This document shows, one piece after another, positions 14,567 through 23,938 of a stretch of 27,994 nt of DNA. The notes beneath the pieces were generated by a model that saw nothing but the letters and a program-made list of their open reading frames with translations, ran no database searches and was not told the origin of the DNA. The stretch lies in the IMG/VR virus record IMGVR_UViG_3300012041_000056, positions 1 to 27,994 of that record; one strand, 5' to 3'. The translations under genes were made by a program, and so were the position numbers. Each line of letters opens with the position of its first letter. The first letter of the stretch is position 1. Origin of the DNA: a virus. Its lineage: Duplodnaviria; Caudoviricetes.

Positions 14567-16992
14567 AGGTTACGCAACCCGCGGCGGGTGCCGATCTCGG
14601 CCTGCGCGCCGATCTGCACCTGCGTGCGGCGGTCGGCCGGCTGATGCAGCACGAAGTGGTTGTGCACCTGCACCGCCTGGCCGCCGCCCGGGTCGACCCG
14701 CCCGGGCACGTCGGGCGTGAACCATTCCGCGCCCTTCTCGCCGACCTTGTAGCGCATGCCCGGGAAGACGTCCGCGCCCTCGGCCGCCCACCCGCCGAAC
14801 GCCATGCCGAAGAGGCTCCCGAGGCCGGCGTCGAAGCCCCCGCCCGCCGGCGCCGAGCGCGTGCCGCCGCCGAAGATCTTCGCGACGATCCCGCCGATGC
14901 CGCCCTCGCCGCCGAATGCGCCGAGTACCTGCTTCGCGAGATCCTGCGCCGCGATGCGCGAGATCTCGGTCACGATGTTCTTGCCCATGTCGCGGAACGC
15001 TTCGCTGACGCTCTTCGTGCCGTCGATCACCGCGGCGAAGTTGTCGGCGAAGGCGTCCTCGAAGATGGTATTGAACTTGTCGGCGAGGAGGTCGGCCGAC
15101 GCCGCGAGCTCCTCGAGCTGGACCTTGAACGCCTCGGCGTCGGCGATGAGCTTCGGGTTACCCGAGCTCCGGGCGATGCGCTCCATGCCGTCGGCGACCG
15201 CCTGCAGCTCGTCGATCGACTTCTGGCGCGCGAGGCTCGTCTGCTTGAGCGCTTCGAGCTCGCTGATCGCGCCGACCTTGAGCGAATTCTGGATCCGCCG
15301 CTCGGAGGTTTCGAGCTGCTGCGTGATGAGGTCGCCGCGCGCGCGCGAGTCGTTGAAGGCGCCTTGCGCGACGGTCGCCTTGCGCAGGGCGTCGAGCGTC
15401 TGCAGCGCCCCGGTGTCCTTGTTCGACTCGAACTTCTGGCGCAGTTGGCGGTTCGACTGGTCGAACCGGACTCCCGCCGCGTCCGCGGAGCGGCCCTGCA
15501 GCTCGGCGAGCTCGGCGTTGAGGGCGTCGACCTGGTCGCGGTAGCCCCGTGCGGCGGTCGAGGCGTCGAGATAGCCCTGCGCGGTCGTGAAGGCGAAGTC
15601 GCGCTCGAGGCGGTTGCGGCGGGCGATCGACTCTTCGAGCTCGCGCTTCGCGTTGGTCGCATCAGCGGAGCCGGGTGCGGCCTTGCTGAGTGCGGCCTGG
15701 CGGGCGTCGATCTCGCGCCCGATCGCGGCGACCTCGGCCGCGAACGCCTCGCGCTGGACGCTCGCGCGCGACTCCCAGTACTGCGACTCGGCGATCAGGC
15801 CCTCGGCGTAGAAACGGTCGAGGATCTTCAGGCGCTGGTCGGAGAGCTGCTTCTGCGCCTCGACCTCGATCTTCGAGCGCGCCTCGAGGAGCTTCAGGAG
15901 CGCGTCGTTGACCTTCTTGATCTCGCCGAGGTCGGGCAGGCGCGGCGCGCGGCCGCGCGCGGCCTTGTCGGCCGCCGCGGCGTAGGTGTTGACGCCCGCG
16001 GCCGCACCCGACCACAAGGCCCCGATCCGGCCGGCGGAGGTTTTCACGCTGTCGACGACGTCGGTGGCGCCTTCCTTCAGGATCTCGAACGCCTTGCCGA
16101 ACCCGGAAACCGTGAGCGGCTGCGAGGCCGCGGCGAGGATGGCGCCGATCGACTTGCCGAGCACGCCGAACACGGTCGAGACGATGATCCCGCCGGTGAC
16201 CAGGCCCTTGATCGCCGCCTCGACGATGCCGAACGCCTCGGCCATCGAGCGCGAGTCCTTCGCGACGTCGACGAAGATGTCGGCGACGTTCTGCAGCGTC
16301 GGCAGGAGCGCCGAGGCGAGCTGCGTGCCGACGCTGCGGGTGATGCTGCCGATGTCCTTCAGCGTGTCGTTGAACTGGTCGGCCTGCCGGAGGACGTCGT
16401 CCGAGATCGTCACCCCGAGCTGCTCGAAGCGCTTGCGGGTGTTCTCGATCTCCTCGGCCATCTGCACCAGGCGATCGCCGCCCTTGCCGAACGCGGCGAT
16501 CGCGAGGTTCGCCTTGTCGGTGCCGTCCTCGAACTCGGCGAAGCGCTTGCCCGACTCCTGCAGGATGTCGAAGGTGCTGCGCAGGCGCCCCTGCGAGTCG
16601 GTGACCTTGATCCCGAGGGCACCGAACGCCGCGGCGGCATCGCCGGTGCCCTTCGCCGCGTCGTCGAGCCGCTTCGGGAGCTTGGAGAGGACGCCCGACA
16701 CCTCCTCGAGCTGCACCCCGGAGCGCTCGGCCGCCCCCTGCAGCACGAGCAGGTTCTGCGCGCTCTCGCCGGTGCGCCGTCTGAGATCGTTGAGGTTGTC
16801 GGCGGCGTCGATCGCCCCCTTCACGAACGCCGCGAACCCGGCGACCGAGAGCCCGGCGCCGACCCCGGCGAGCACCCGGTCGGTGTTGCGCTTGAAGCGC
16901 TCGATCGCCGCGGCGGCTTTGCCGAGATCCCCCTGGATCCGCGCGACGCGCGCGGACATATCGAGGATCGCAGAGCCGAGATTGATCGCCAT
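14563..16992 (-). CDS. tail tape measure protein (809 aa)
   Basis: Long Ala-rich helical protein directly after the G/GT chaperones; C-terminal YKVGEKGAEWFTP motif. Confidence 0.9.
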   Translation of the reverse strand: MAINLGSAILDMSARVARIQGDLGKAAAAIERFKRNTDRVLAGVGAGLSVAGFAAFVKGAIDAADNLNDLRRRTGESAQNLLVLQGAAERSGVQLEEVSGVLSKLPKRLDDAAKGTGDAAAAFGALGIKVTDSQGRLRSTFDILQESGKRFAEFEDGTDKANLAIAAFGKGGDRLVQMAEEIENTRKRFEQLGVTISDDVLRQADQFNDTLKDIGSITRSVGTQLASALLPTLQNVADIFVDVAKDSRSMAEAFGIVEAAIKGLVTGGIIVSTVFGVLGKSIGAILAAASQPLTVSGFGKAFEILKEGATDVVDSVKTSAGRIGALWSGAAAGVNTYAAAADKAARGRAPRLPDLGEIKKVNDALLKLLEARSKIEVEAQKQLSDQRLKILDRFYAEGLIAESQYWESRASVQREAFAAEVAAIGREIDARQAALSKAAPGSADATNAKRELEESIARRNRLERDFAFTTAQGYLDASTAARGYRDQVDALNAELAELQGRSADAAGVRFDQSNRQLRQKFESNKDTGALQTLDALRKATVAQGAFNDSRARGDLITQQLETSERRIQNSLKVGAISELEALKQTSLARQKSIDELQAVADGMERIARSSGNPKLIADAEAFKVQLEELAASADLLADKFNTIFEDAFADNFAAVIDGTKSVSEAFRDMGKNIVTEISRIAAQDLAKQVLGAFGGEGGIGGIVAKIFGGGTRSAPAGGGFDAGLGSLFGMAFGGWAAEGADVFPGMRYKVGEKGAEWFTPDVPGRVDPGGGQAVQVHNHFVLHQPADRRTQVQIGAQAEIGTRRGLRNL

Positions 16993-17340
16993 CTAGCTTT
17001 TGCGCCTCTTGGGTTTCGGAGCGGCGGCGAGGAGCGTCTGGTCGAGGAGCCGCATCATCTGGTCCTGCGTGAGCTTCGGCTTCTCGTAGAACGGCATGAA
17101 GTCACCCGGCGCGGCCGGCGGCGAGCCCTTGCGGCGGTTGATGTTCGCGAGGAGCGCGCAGAGAAAGCCGAAGTGGTAGTGATCGCGCCAGAACCCGAAC
17201 GGCTCGAGCTCGGCGTAGGCCTGCCACTCGGTGAGCTCGCGGGCGCTCAACTGCTCGAGCATCACCGCGCGCGGCATGCCGAAGAGCGCGGCGAGCTGGA
17301 ACTGGAAGCGGCGCCGCGCGTCCGCCTTCAGTCCTTTTTT
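16993..17340 (-). CDS. tail assembly chaperone GT C-terminal part (DUF4035-like), reached by -1 frameshift
   Basis: The -1 frame after the slippery site reads KKGLKADARRRFQFQLAALFGM...LSARELTEWQAYAELEPFG. Confidence 0.8.
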   Translation of the reverse strand, partial: KKGLKADARRRFQFQLAALFGMPRAVMLEQLSARELTEWQAYAELEPFGFWRDHYHFGFLCALLANINRRKGSPPAAPGDFMPFYEKPKLTQDQMMRLLDQTLLAAAPKPKRRKS

Positions 17341-17684
17341 GCTTCTTCGACCGCCTTCTCGCCCAGGCCGTTGATGCGCTGCGCGACCTCGAACACGCGC
17401 TCGAGCGCGGCCGCGCTCTTGCGCCCGAGGAGCTCCACGTCGTCGACCTTGAAAAGGCGCTCGCCCTTGTCGTCGACGAGCACGATCGCGCACAGGCGGG
17501 CGCGGAAGTCCTTCTGGTTCACGCGGCGCTTCTCGCCCTCGCCGACGAAGAGCTTCGCCTCGAAGTCGTCGCGCTCGGATGCGGTCATCATGCGCACCAG
17601 CACCTCGCCGCCCCACTCCGGGACGGGCACGCTCTCCGTCTTGAGGTCGGGCGCGGCGAGGATCTGGTCTCGGGTCAGGCTCAT
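17328..17684 (-). CDS. tail assembly chaperone G
   Basis: LTRDQILAAPDL..E.VPVPEWGGEVLVR...ERDDFE...LVDDKGERLF...EEAKKD. Confidence 0.9.
   Translation of the reverse strand: MSLTRDQILAAPDLKTESVPVPEWGGEVLVRMMTASERDDFEAKLFVGEGEKRRVNQKDFRARLCAIVLVDDKGERLFKVDDVELLGRKSAAALERVFEVAQRINGLGEKAVEEAKKD
17334..17340 (-). other. programmed -1 ribosomal frameshift slippery site A AAA AAG
   Basis: GCA AAA AAG GAC TGA at the end of chaperone G; X XXY YYZ heptamer in the canonical position upstream of the tape measure gene. Confidence 0.85.
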
Positions 17685-18109
17685 GCGAACACGATCGCGC
17701 CGGAGATCCGGAGCTCGACCTGCGCGCGGATGACGTCATCGACCCCGCCCGACTCGTCGACCTTCTTGACGAGCGCCTGGAAGAGCCGGATGTCGCCGTT
17801 CGGGTAGGTGACGCGGAACTCGGAGGGGTTCGCCTCGTCGAGCCCGGCGCGCAGGCGCGCCTGCCCGGTGCTCGCGTCGGCGTACATGCACTCGAAGGAG
17901 TACGTGCCGTTGTCGCGCAGGCCCAGGCGGTACTCGCGGGCGAGCGAGTCGAGGCTCGAGACGTCGATCTCGGGGCGATCGCCGCTTCGCTGGAAGCTCA
18001 CGATCTCGTCGAGGTTGACCCAGACGGTCGGCGAGCCCGTGCCGGGCCCGGCCGGGCCGGCGCTCATCTCGTGGGTGACGCCTTGTGCACTGACGGCTGC
18101 AGAAGTCAT
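17681..18109 (-). CDS. major tail tube protein
   Basis: AAGGA RBS; EIDVSSLDS.AREYRLGLRDNG...FRVTYPNG...LRISG, lambda-like tail tube pattern. Confidence 0.88.
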   Translation of the reverse strand: MTSAAVSAQGVTHEMSAGPAGPGTGSPTVWVNLDEIVSFQRSGDRPEIDVSSLDSLAREYRLGLRDNGTYSFECMYADASTGQARLRAGLDEANPSEFRVTYPNGDIRLFQALVKKVDESGGVDDVIRAQVELRISGAIVFA

Positions 18110-18119
18110 GGCTTTCCTT

Positions 18120-18590
18120 TCAGGCTTTGAGGTGCTGCGCGATGAACTTCGCCGCCGCGGATGCGACGACGTCGAACGAGCCCCGCACGTTCGCCTCGAA
18201 CGCGGGTTTCAGGAACGGCTTCGGCGAGACGCCGGACTTGCCGAGCTCGACCCACCGCCAGTAGTAGCCGAGGCGGCGGATCACGACCCCGTACGCGGAC
18301 TCGTTCGAGAAGGCGAACTTGCCGGTGCGGAGCTTTCGCACCGAGATCTGCCGCGCGAGGTTGCCCGGCTGCACCAGGTGTCGCTCGCGGCCGCCCTTGA
18401 ATCTCACGACGTGCGGCACCGAGGAGCGCACGACCCGGCGCTTCGCATCGCGCGCCCAGACCGCCACAGCCGCACGGACCGACTTGTCGAGGATCTTCTG
18501 GCGGAGCTGCGGGGCGAGCGAGCGCAGGCGCTTGGCCGCCTCGTCGAGGGCGCGGCTGTCGAGCTTGATCTCGATGAAGTTGTCCGCCAT
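18120..18590 (-). CDS. HK97 gp10-family tail-completion protein
   Basis: PGNLARQI...YYWRWVELG...PKPFLKPAFE. Confidence 0.88.
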   Translation of the reverse strand: MADNFIEIKLDSRALDEAAKRLRSLAPQLRQKILDKSVRAAVAVWARDAKRRVVRSSVPHVVRFKGGRERHLVQPGNLARQISVRKLRTGKFAFSNESAYGVVIRRLGYYWRWVELGKSGVSPKPFLKPAFEANVRGSFDVVASAAAKFIAQHLKA

Positions 18591-18979
18591 CAGTCCGCCT
18601 CGAGCCAGCCGAGGAGATCCATCTGCACGAAGTGCTGCTTCGTCTCGTTGTCGTAGAGCGAGAGGCTTTGAATGAGCCCGAGCTTGAGGTTCGAGACCAC
18701 CGCCTCGTCGACCCGCCCCTGCACCGCGCGGGCGAGCTCGCGCGCGTCGGCGTTCGTTCTGGCGAAGCAGCTCACCTCGCAGTCGACGCGGGTGAGTTTC
18801 GACGTGTGCCCCGCGAGCGAGCGCATCGGCTGCTCGGCGACGAGGTAGACGATCGCCGGCACCGAGCTCCCCTGCGGCCGAACGGTCGGGTAGATCCGCT
18901 CTCCGACCAGGCCGACGATCGTCGCATCGGCGCGTAGGTGGGCGGCGAAGACGTCCTCGAAGGCGGGCTCGCTAGCCAT
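18590..18979 (-). CDS. tail terminator (DUF3168-like)
   Basis: LVGERIYP...PQG...PAIVY...RVDCEVSCFA...ARELARAV; position in the head-tail joining module. Confidence 0.82.
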   Translation of the reverse strand: MASEPAFEDVFAAHLRADATIVGLVGERIYPTVRPQGSSVPAIVYLVAEQPMRSLAGHTSKLTRVDCEVSCFARTNADARELARAVQGRVDEAVVSNLKLGLIQSLSLYDNETKQHFVQMDLLGWLEAD

Positions 18980-19307
18980 CGTTCACCCCCTCGGCGACGT
19001 AGAACGAGAGCTCGCGGTGGCGCTCCTCGCCGTCGATCTGCGCGACGATGTTGTAGATCCGCGCCTCGAACACGAACCGCATCGCCGCGGTGACGCCCTC
19101 CCGGTATCGGAGCCGGATCCGTCCGGTCACCTCCGAGTGATGCTGCTGTGCGGCGAAGAGCTCGCGGCCGGCGAGCGGCTCGACCGCGGCCCAGACGGTG
19201 ACCACATCGGTCCAGGCGTCGTCGGGCTCGCCGGAGGCGTGCTGCTGCGGGCTCCCGGCGGCGCGCTGCTGCAGCGTCACCCGGTGGCGGAGGCGTCCTG
19301 CGCGCAT
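18972..19307 (-). CDS. head closure / head-tail adaptor (SPP1 gp16-like)
   Basis: MRAGRLRHRVTLQ...WTDVVTVWAAVEPLAGRELFAAQQ...RIRLRYREGVTAAMR. Confidence 0.92.
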   Translation of the reverse strand: MRAGRLRHRVTLQQRAAGSPQQHASGEPDDAWTDVVTVWAAVEPLAGRELFAAQQHHSEVTGRIRLRYREGVTAAMRFVFEARIYNIVAQIDGEERHRELSFYVAEGVNDG

Positions 19308-19308
19308 G

Positions 19309-20064
19309 TCAGGCCCGCTGGACCTTCCGCCCGAGCCGGTCCGCGTACTCCCGCGCCTGCCCGCCGGCGATCTCCTCGAGCGTGTACTGCCCGTACGCGA
19401 GCGCGTGCGCCCACTGGCGCCGGTCCCCTCGCATCGGCCAGGTGAGGTTCCAGGTCGACACCCCGAACGCGGCCGAGCGGTAGTCGACCATCACCGGGAT
19501 CCCCGCCACTACCGCCTTGCAGGCGACGGTGCTGGTGCACGTCACGACCGCCCACGCGCGCGCCAGGCGCTCGGCGAGCGGCTGCGGGTCGCCCTTCTCC
19601 GACACGAACACGCGCCGCGTGGTGTTCTGTGAGAGCCGGTGCAGCGTCTCCCCGAGCCAGTCGCCGAGGCCGAAGAGATCGACCACCGCGGCGCTCGGCG
19701 GCACCACCATCACGTCTTCGCCTGCGCGCGTCCAGGGCGCGAGCTCGAGGCCCTGCGCCTCCCACCGGTCCGCCGGCGCCGTGGGGCACCAGTTGAGCTG
19801 ATAGGCCTGCGGCACGACGCGGAGCCAGTTTTTCCCGTCCTGCGTGTACGCCCGGTCGAAGAACACGAACCGCTCGCGCCGGGCGAGGATCTGCTTGAGG
19901 ATCCCGAGCGCCCCGAACTGCAGGCCGCACACCAGGTGGAGCGCCCCCCACACCGGCTCGGCGCGGGCCGCCGGCACGCGCTCGGCGTCCCACCCGGCCG
20001 CGATCGAATCGAAGTGGTCCGCATTCTTCCGGCCGGCGATGTCGTAGAGGACCGCACGGCTCAC
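19309..20064 (-). CDS. KpsC/KpsS-like (capsule synthesis, GT-B) putative glycosyltransferase
   Basis: FFDRAY, PADRW...LAPW, LARAWAVVTCTSTVACKAVVAGIPV, W...LAYGQYTLEEI motifs resembling the VVTxNSxxgxEAxxxGxPV signature. Confidence 0.65.
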   Translation of the reverse strand: MSRAVLYDIAGRKNADHFDSIAAGWDAERVPAARAEPVWGALHLVCGLQFGALGILKQILARRERFVFFDRAYTQDGKNWLRVVPQAYQLNWCPTAPADRWEAQGLELAPWTRAGEDVMVVPPSAAVVDLFGLGDWLGETLHRLSQNTTRRVFVSEKGDPQPLAERLARAWAVVTCTSTVACKAVVAGIPVMVDYRSAAFGVSTWNLTWPMRGDRRQWAHALAYGQYTLEEIAGGQAREYADRLGRKVQRA

Positions 20065-20246
20065 TTCTTCCCCCGCGCCGGATCGTTCGCCGGGATCACG
20101 AGCGCGATGCGCCCGTCGTCGGCGAAGTAGGCGACCGCCGCGTACACCCCGACGACGAACGCGATCACGAAGAGCGCGCCGAGGAGCGCGGTGCGGCGGC
20201 CAGTTCGCACGATTCGCGCGATCTCCTCGTCCGGTTTCTCACCCAC
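20061..20246 (-). CDS. 61-aa single-pass membrane protein
   Basis: TALLGALFVIAFVVGVYAAVAYF hydrophobic helix; overlaps both neighbours. Confidence 0.6.
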   Translation of the reverse strand: MGEKPDEEIARIVRTGRRTALLGALFVIAFVVGVYAAVAYFADDGRIALVIPANDPARGKK

Positions 20247-20853
20247 GACGCCAGACCTCCTTCACCCATGCCGCCGGCGCCGAGTGCGGCTTGTCCGGCC
20301 CGTGGAACGACACCACCCGGCAGTCGACCGGGATCCCTTCCTTGCAGTGGTAGCGGTACGAGCGGTGCCAGGCGTGCGGCAGGAGCCGCCAGCCGAGCGC
20401 CGTCGTCTCGGTGATCCACTTCTGGTCGCCGTCCAGGCGCCGGGGCACCGAGGGGTGCCACTCGGTCCAGATCGCTTCGTGCTCGCCCGCGTCCCAGACC
20501 ATGAGCGAGCTCGAGTACTCCGAGCTCGCCCACCCCCAGTCGCGGAGATCGGTGATCCCGCCGTGCTCGACCACCTCGTCGAGGTTGCCGACCACGCACA
20601 CGTCGAGGTCGAGGTACAGTACCCGCCCCTCGAACACCCCGGGGCGGAAGAGCTCGATCTTCGCCCACCACCCCCGCAGCGCCGGGTTGAGCGCGACCGG
20701 CTCGATGCCCTCGTCGAGCCCTGCCCGGTCGTCGGTGAGGCAGACGAACCGGTGCGCCGCGCGCAAGCGCCGCGCAACCATGTCGCGCAGCACGAGCACG
20801 TACTCGGGCGGGTACTTCGCCCCCTGCTTGACGCAGGCGACGGTGATGGTCAA
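20239..20853 (-). CDS. GT-A fold glycosyltransferase (GT8-like)
   Basis: TTG 20853 (TTGA coupling); VACVKQGAKY..EYV..L, FVCLTD, WWAKIELF, LYLDLD (DxD), SSLMVW, GDQ, VSFHG.DKP. Confidence 0.82.
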   Translation of the reverse strand: MTITVACVKQGAKYPPEYVLVLRDMVARRLRAAHRFVCLTDDRAGLDEGIEPVALNPALRGWWAKIELFRPGVFEGRVLYLDLDVCVVGNLDEVVEHGGITDLRDWGWASSEYSSSLMVWDAGEHEAIWTEWHPSVPRRLDGDQKWITETTALGWRLLPHAWHRSYRYHCKEGIPVDCRVVSFHGPDKPHSAPAAWVKEVWRRG

Positions 20854-21857
20854 CTCTTGGCCCGAAACGCCGCGAACGCGCCAAGTGCACCGGCAACGTG
20901 GAGCGGTAGCGGCGTGTCCTTCGCGACCACCCCGCGCCAGATCTCGACCGTGCGCATCAGCCCGTCGAGGAGCGCCACCCGTGGCGACCACCCGAGCACC
21001 TGGCGCGCCTTGTAGCCGTTCGAGTTGAGGTAGTAGATCTCCCCAGGGCGCTTGGCGGTGGTGTGCCACTTGATCTCGCCCCGCCAGCCGATGATCTCGG
21101 CGATCGCATCGGCGAGCGAGCGGATCGCGAGCGCATTAGCAGGCCCGGTGACGAACACCTGGCCGCGCGCCTTGTCGATCTGGGTGATGATCGACTCGTA
21201 GAGCTCTACGAGGTCGCCGATCCAGAGGAAGTTCCGCCACGGCTCCGGGTCGCCGAGGTTGCAGACCGGCCCGCGGAGCATCTGGCTCACGATCCGTTCG
21301 ACGATGAAGAAGTCGTTGTCGGTGCGCCCGTAGGCGTTCGTCTGCCGCAGGATCGTGAACGGGAACCCGTAGGCGTACTGCATGTACTCGAGGTACTTCT
21401 CGCAGGCGAGCTTGGCGACCGCGTAGGGCGCCATCGGGCGCTGCGGGGTGTCCTCGTCGAAGGCGCCGGTCGAGCGGGGGTGGTGGCCGTAGGTTTCCAT
21501 CGTCGAGGCCATCACGAAGAGCGCGAGCGCCGGGTTGTGCTGCCGGTTCGCCTCGGCGAGGTTGACCGTGCCGACGTAGTTGACCTCGGACACTTCCCGG
21601 AACCGCTCGAACGAGAACGCGACCTCGCTCCGCGCGGCGAGGTGGAGCACGATGTGCGGCTTGACGTACTGCACGAGCTGGTCGAGCCGCTCGTGCGCGC
21701 GCAGATCGCAGACGTGCTGCCGCTCGCGCGGGAGCTCCGGGTTCTTCGCGAACGACTCCGCGCGCTCGTATAACCCCCACACCTCGTGCGCGCGGTGGAG
21801 CGCGCGGACGAGATACTGCCCGATGAAGCCGCTCGCGCCGGTGATGAGGATCCTCAT
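20850..21857 (-). CDS. NAD-dependent nucleotide-sugar epimerase/dehydratase (extended SDR)
   Basis: ATG 21857; ILITGASGFIG, HLAA.S.V..S, NYVGTVNL, STMETYG, PYAVAK (YxxxK), R..NAYG. Confidence 0.92.
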   Translation of the reverse strand: MRILITGASGFIGQYLVRALHRAHEVWGLYERAESFAKNPELPRERQHVCDLRAHERLDQLVQYVKPHIVLHLAARSEVAFSFERFREVSEVNYVGTVNLAEANRQHNPALALFVMASTMETYGHHPRSTGAFDEDTPQRPMAPYAVAKLACEKYLEYMQYAYGFPFTILRQTNAYGRTDNDFFIVERIVSQMLRGPVCNLGDPEPWRNFLWIGDLVELYESIITQIDKARGQVFVTGPANALAIRSLADAIAEIIGWRGEIKWHTTAKRPGEIYYLNSNGYKARQVLGWSPRVALLDGLMRTVEIWRGVVAKDTPLPLHVAGALGAFAAFRAKS

Positions 21858-22591
21858 GCGGCGGCCCCCGCGTGCTCGGCGATCGCGGCCTTGACCCGCC
21901 CGATCGCCGCGAGGATCTCCGGCTCGAGCGCCCGCAGCCGCTCGGTGTCGCGCTCCGACGGGGTCCGCCCGTCGGGCCCGCGGACGCGCTTCGACCTGTA
22001 CAGCTCGTCGTTCGGTGCTTTGCCGTGTTTCGGGTGCATATGCTCCACGATGATGTCGCGCCGCCAGACGTAGCGACCGGCGCCGCGGGCGATCAGCTCC
22101 GGGACGTCGTCGCAGCCGAAGTGCTCGAACGGGCCGAGGCCGGCGATGTCGCCGGTCCAGGTGAAGTAGCCCACGGCGCGGATCCACTGCCGGGAGACGA
22201 ACCAGTGCGTCGCCTTGTCCTTGCCCGTGCCGTCCTCGGGCGAGACGACCGCGAGGCGGTCCGGCCGCTTGCCGAACTCCTCGACGACGAGCGCGTCCCA
22301 GTGCTTCGTCCGGAAGACGACGTCGTCGGCGCAGAACATCAGTTTCCCGCCCGAGGCCTCGCGCACCAGCGCCTCCCAGGCCTGCGCGACCGGCCGGCGC
22401 GGGCCGACGTGGTAGTGGATCTCGTTCTGCGTTTTCAGGTACTCGGCGAGCGCCGGGTCGTCCTCGTCGACGTAGGCGATCACCTCGATCTGGCCCGGGA
22501 GCGACGCGGTGCGCACCGCGCTCGCCACCATCCCGAGGAACCGGTCGGGCCGCGAGCGGGTCGGCACCAGCAGCGAGAAAGCCGGCTTCAC
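21854..22591 (-). CDS. glycosyltransferase, GT2-like
   Basis: GTG 22591; SLLVPTRSRP, YVDEDD, MFCADDVVFRT..WD, IVEHMH. Confidence 0.8.
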   Translation of the reverse strand: MKPAFSLLVPTRSRPDRFLGMVASAVRTASLPGQIEVIAYVDEDDPALAEYLKTQNEIHYHVGPRRPVAQAWEALVREASGGKLMFCADDVVFRTKHWDALVVEEFGKRPDRLAVVSPEDGTGKDKATHWFVSRQWIRAVGYFTWTGDIAGLGPFEHFGCDDVPELIARGAGRYVWRRDIIVEHMHPKHGKAPNDELYRSKRVRGPDGRTPSERDTERLRALEPEILAAIGRVKAAIAEHAGAAA

Positions 22592-23352
22592 CCGAGCACC
22601 CGCTCGAGCGACTCGATCACCATGCCGACGGTGATCTTCGCCATCGCCTGCTCGCAGTGTCCGCACCGAAATCTCATCCCGCAGGCCTCGCCGCCGGTGA
22701 ACAGGTTCTCGTGCAGGTCGTAGCCGGTGGTGCGCGGCGAGATGTACCCGCCGAACACCACCACCCCCCGGATCCCGAGCGCCGCGGCGCAGTGGTGCAG
22801 GCCCCCTTCCGGGCAGACCACCGCGCGCGCCCAACTGACCGCCGCCGCGGCTTCGCGCACGTCGCGCGTCACGACGTGCTGCACGCCTCGCAGCATCGCG
22901 ATCCCCGCCGGCCCGAGCTGGATCCAGCGGACGTGCGGCGTGCGCTCGACGAGCTCCTGCCAGCGCCGCCAGCCCCAGTCCTTGCCGCGCGGGGCCCCGG
23001 GCTTGATGTGCGGCTCGATGACGACCCGGTCGCGAAGCTCGGTGAACCGCGCCCGCTCGTCGGCCGTGAGGTAGATCTCGCCAGGCTCGACGCGATAGTC
23101 GGTGTAGGCGTAGCGCTTGCGGCCGTCGAACCGCGCGTAATCGAGGTACGGCCGGCGCCCGCCGCAGTGGTCGAGCCACTGCACGCTCGCGCCGGCGGCC
23201 ACCTGGTCGGGCGGTGCAAGGCGCGGGTTCCCGTTCCAGATCGGGTGCCAGCGTGCCTCGCCGGCCTTGCCGCGGATCGCGACCGGGCGCGGGTCGCGCG
23301 CCTGCAGGCGGCGGGCATCGGCCGTCGCCATGATCTCGTCGCCCCACCCCAT
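22588..23352 (-). CDS. glycosyltransferase, GT9 (heptosyltransferase)-like
   Basis: MGWGDEIMAT, KDWG..RWQELV, VCPEGGLHHCAAALGIRGVVVFG, C..C...M..ITV..V. Confidence 0.85.
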   Translation of the reverse strand: MGWGDEIMATADARRLQARDPRPVAIRGKAGEARWHPIWNGNPRLAPPDQVAAGASVQWLDHCGGRRPYLDYARFDGRKRYAYTDYRVEPGEIYLTADERARFTELRDRVVIEPHIKPGAPRGKDWGWRRWQELVERTPHVRWIQLGPAGIAMLRGVQHVVTRDVREAAAAVSWARAVVCPEGGLHHCAAALGIRGVVVFGGYISPRTTGYDLHENLFTGGEACGMRFRCGHCEQAMAKITVGMVIESLERVLG

Positions 23353-23353
23353 G

Positions 23354-23938
23354 TCATTCGGCGCGGCGCCGCCAGATCGTCTGCCACTCCCCGCGCGGGC
23401 CTTTCGGCTTTTCCACGAGCTCGAAGTGCTTCACGAGGTGCGCCTCGACGTTGACCCGGCGATACTGGCTGCGGGCGTCGTGGATCACCGGCGCGGGCAG
23501 GCGCACGACGACGAGCGACCTCGCGAGGGCGAGCGCGGCGCGCAGGAACTCATCCGGGCGCTTCAGCTTGTGCAGGATCGAGAGCAGCAGCACGATGTCC
23601 GCGGGCGGCTCGAGGTGAGCCGAATTCCACTCATTCCAGCGGTTGAGGTCGACGCACTTCAGCGTGACCGGGAGCTCGCCGACGAGCCGCCGGCCGGTGT
23701 CGATCTCAGTCGGCACCATCGAAAAGCCCCGGACGCTCGCCGCGCCGGCGCGGGCGAGGTCCATCGCGATCAGCCCCTCGGCACAGCCGAAGTCGAGGAT
23801 CGTCGCGCCCTTGGCGAGGCGCTGGATCGTGCCGAGGCCGGTGAGCTGCTCCCGCACGGTGCGGTCGCCGTCCTGCACGCCCTCGATGATGAACCAGCCT
23901 TTCGGGCGCGGCGCCGGCGCCGTGCTGCCGGCGCTCAC
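23354..23938 (-). CDS. class I SAM-dependent methyltransferase
   Basis: GTG 23938; GATILDFGCAEG motif I, DIVLLLSILHKL..P. Confidence 0.88.
   Translation of the reverse strand: MSAGSTAPAPRPKGWFIIEGVQDGDRTVREQLTGLGTIQRLAKGATILDFGCAEGLIAMDLARAGAASVRGFSMVPTEIDTGRRLVGELPVTLKCVDLNRWNEWNSAHLEPPADIVLLLSILHKLKRPDEFLRAALALARSLVVVRLPAPVIHDARSQYRRVNVEAHLVKHFELVEKPKGPRGEWQTIWRRRAE

Noticed and set aside
17334-17340. Frameshift as sequencing error or novelty
   Set aside because: Canonical G/GT programmed -1 frameshift of long-tailed phages; listed as a feature only.
14644-17733. 1029-aa + strand ORF (and similar long + strand ORFs such as 24989-26974, 6476-7723, 1304-2455)
   Set aside because: Antisense shadows of well-supported minus-strand genes; high GC3 suppresses stops on the opposite strand; no recognisable motifs.
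19309-23938. Host LPS/capsule locus misassembled into the phage, or gtrABC-type serotype conversion
   Set aside because: Genes are coupled to structural genes at both ends with similar codon style; no flippase, polymerase or polytopic GT. Not formally excluded without read data.
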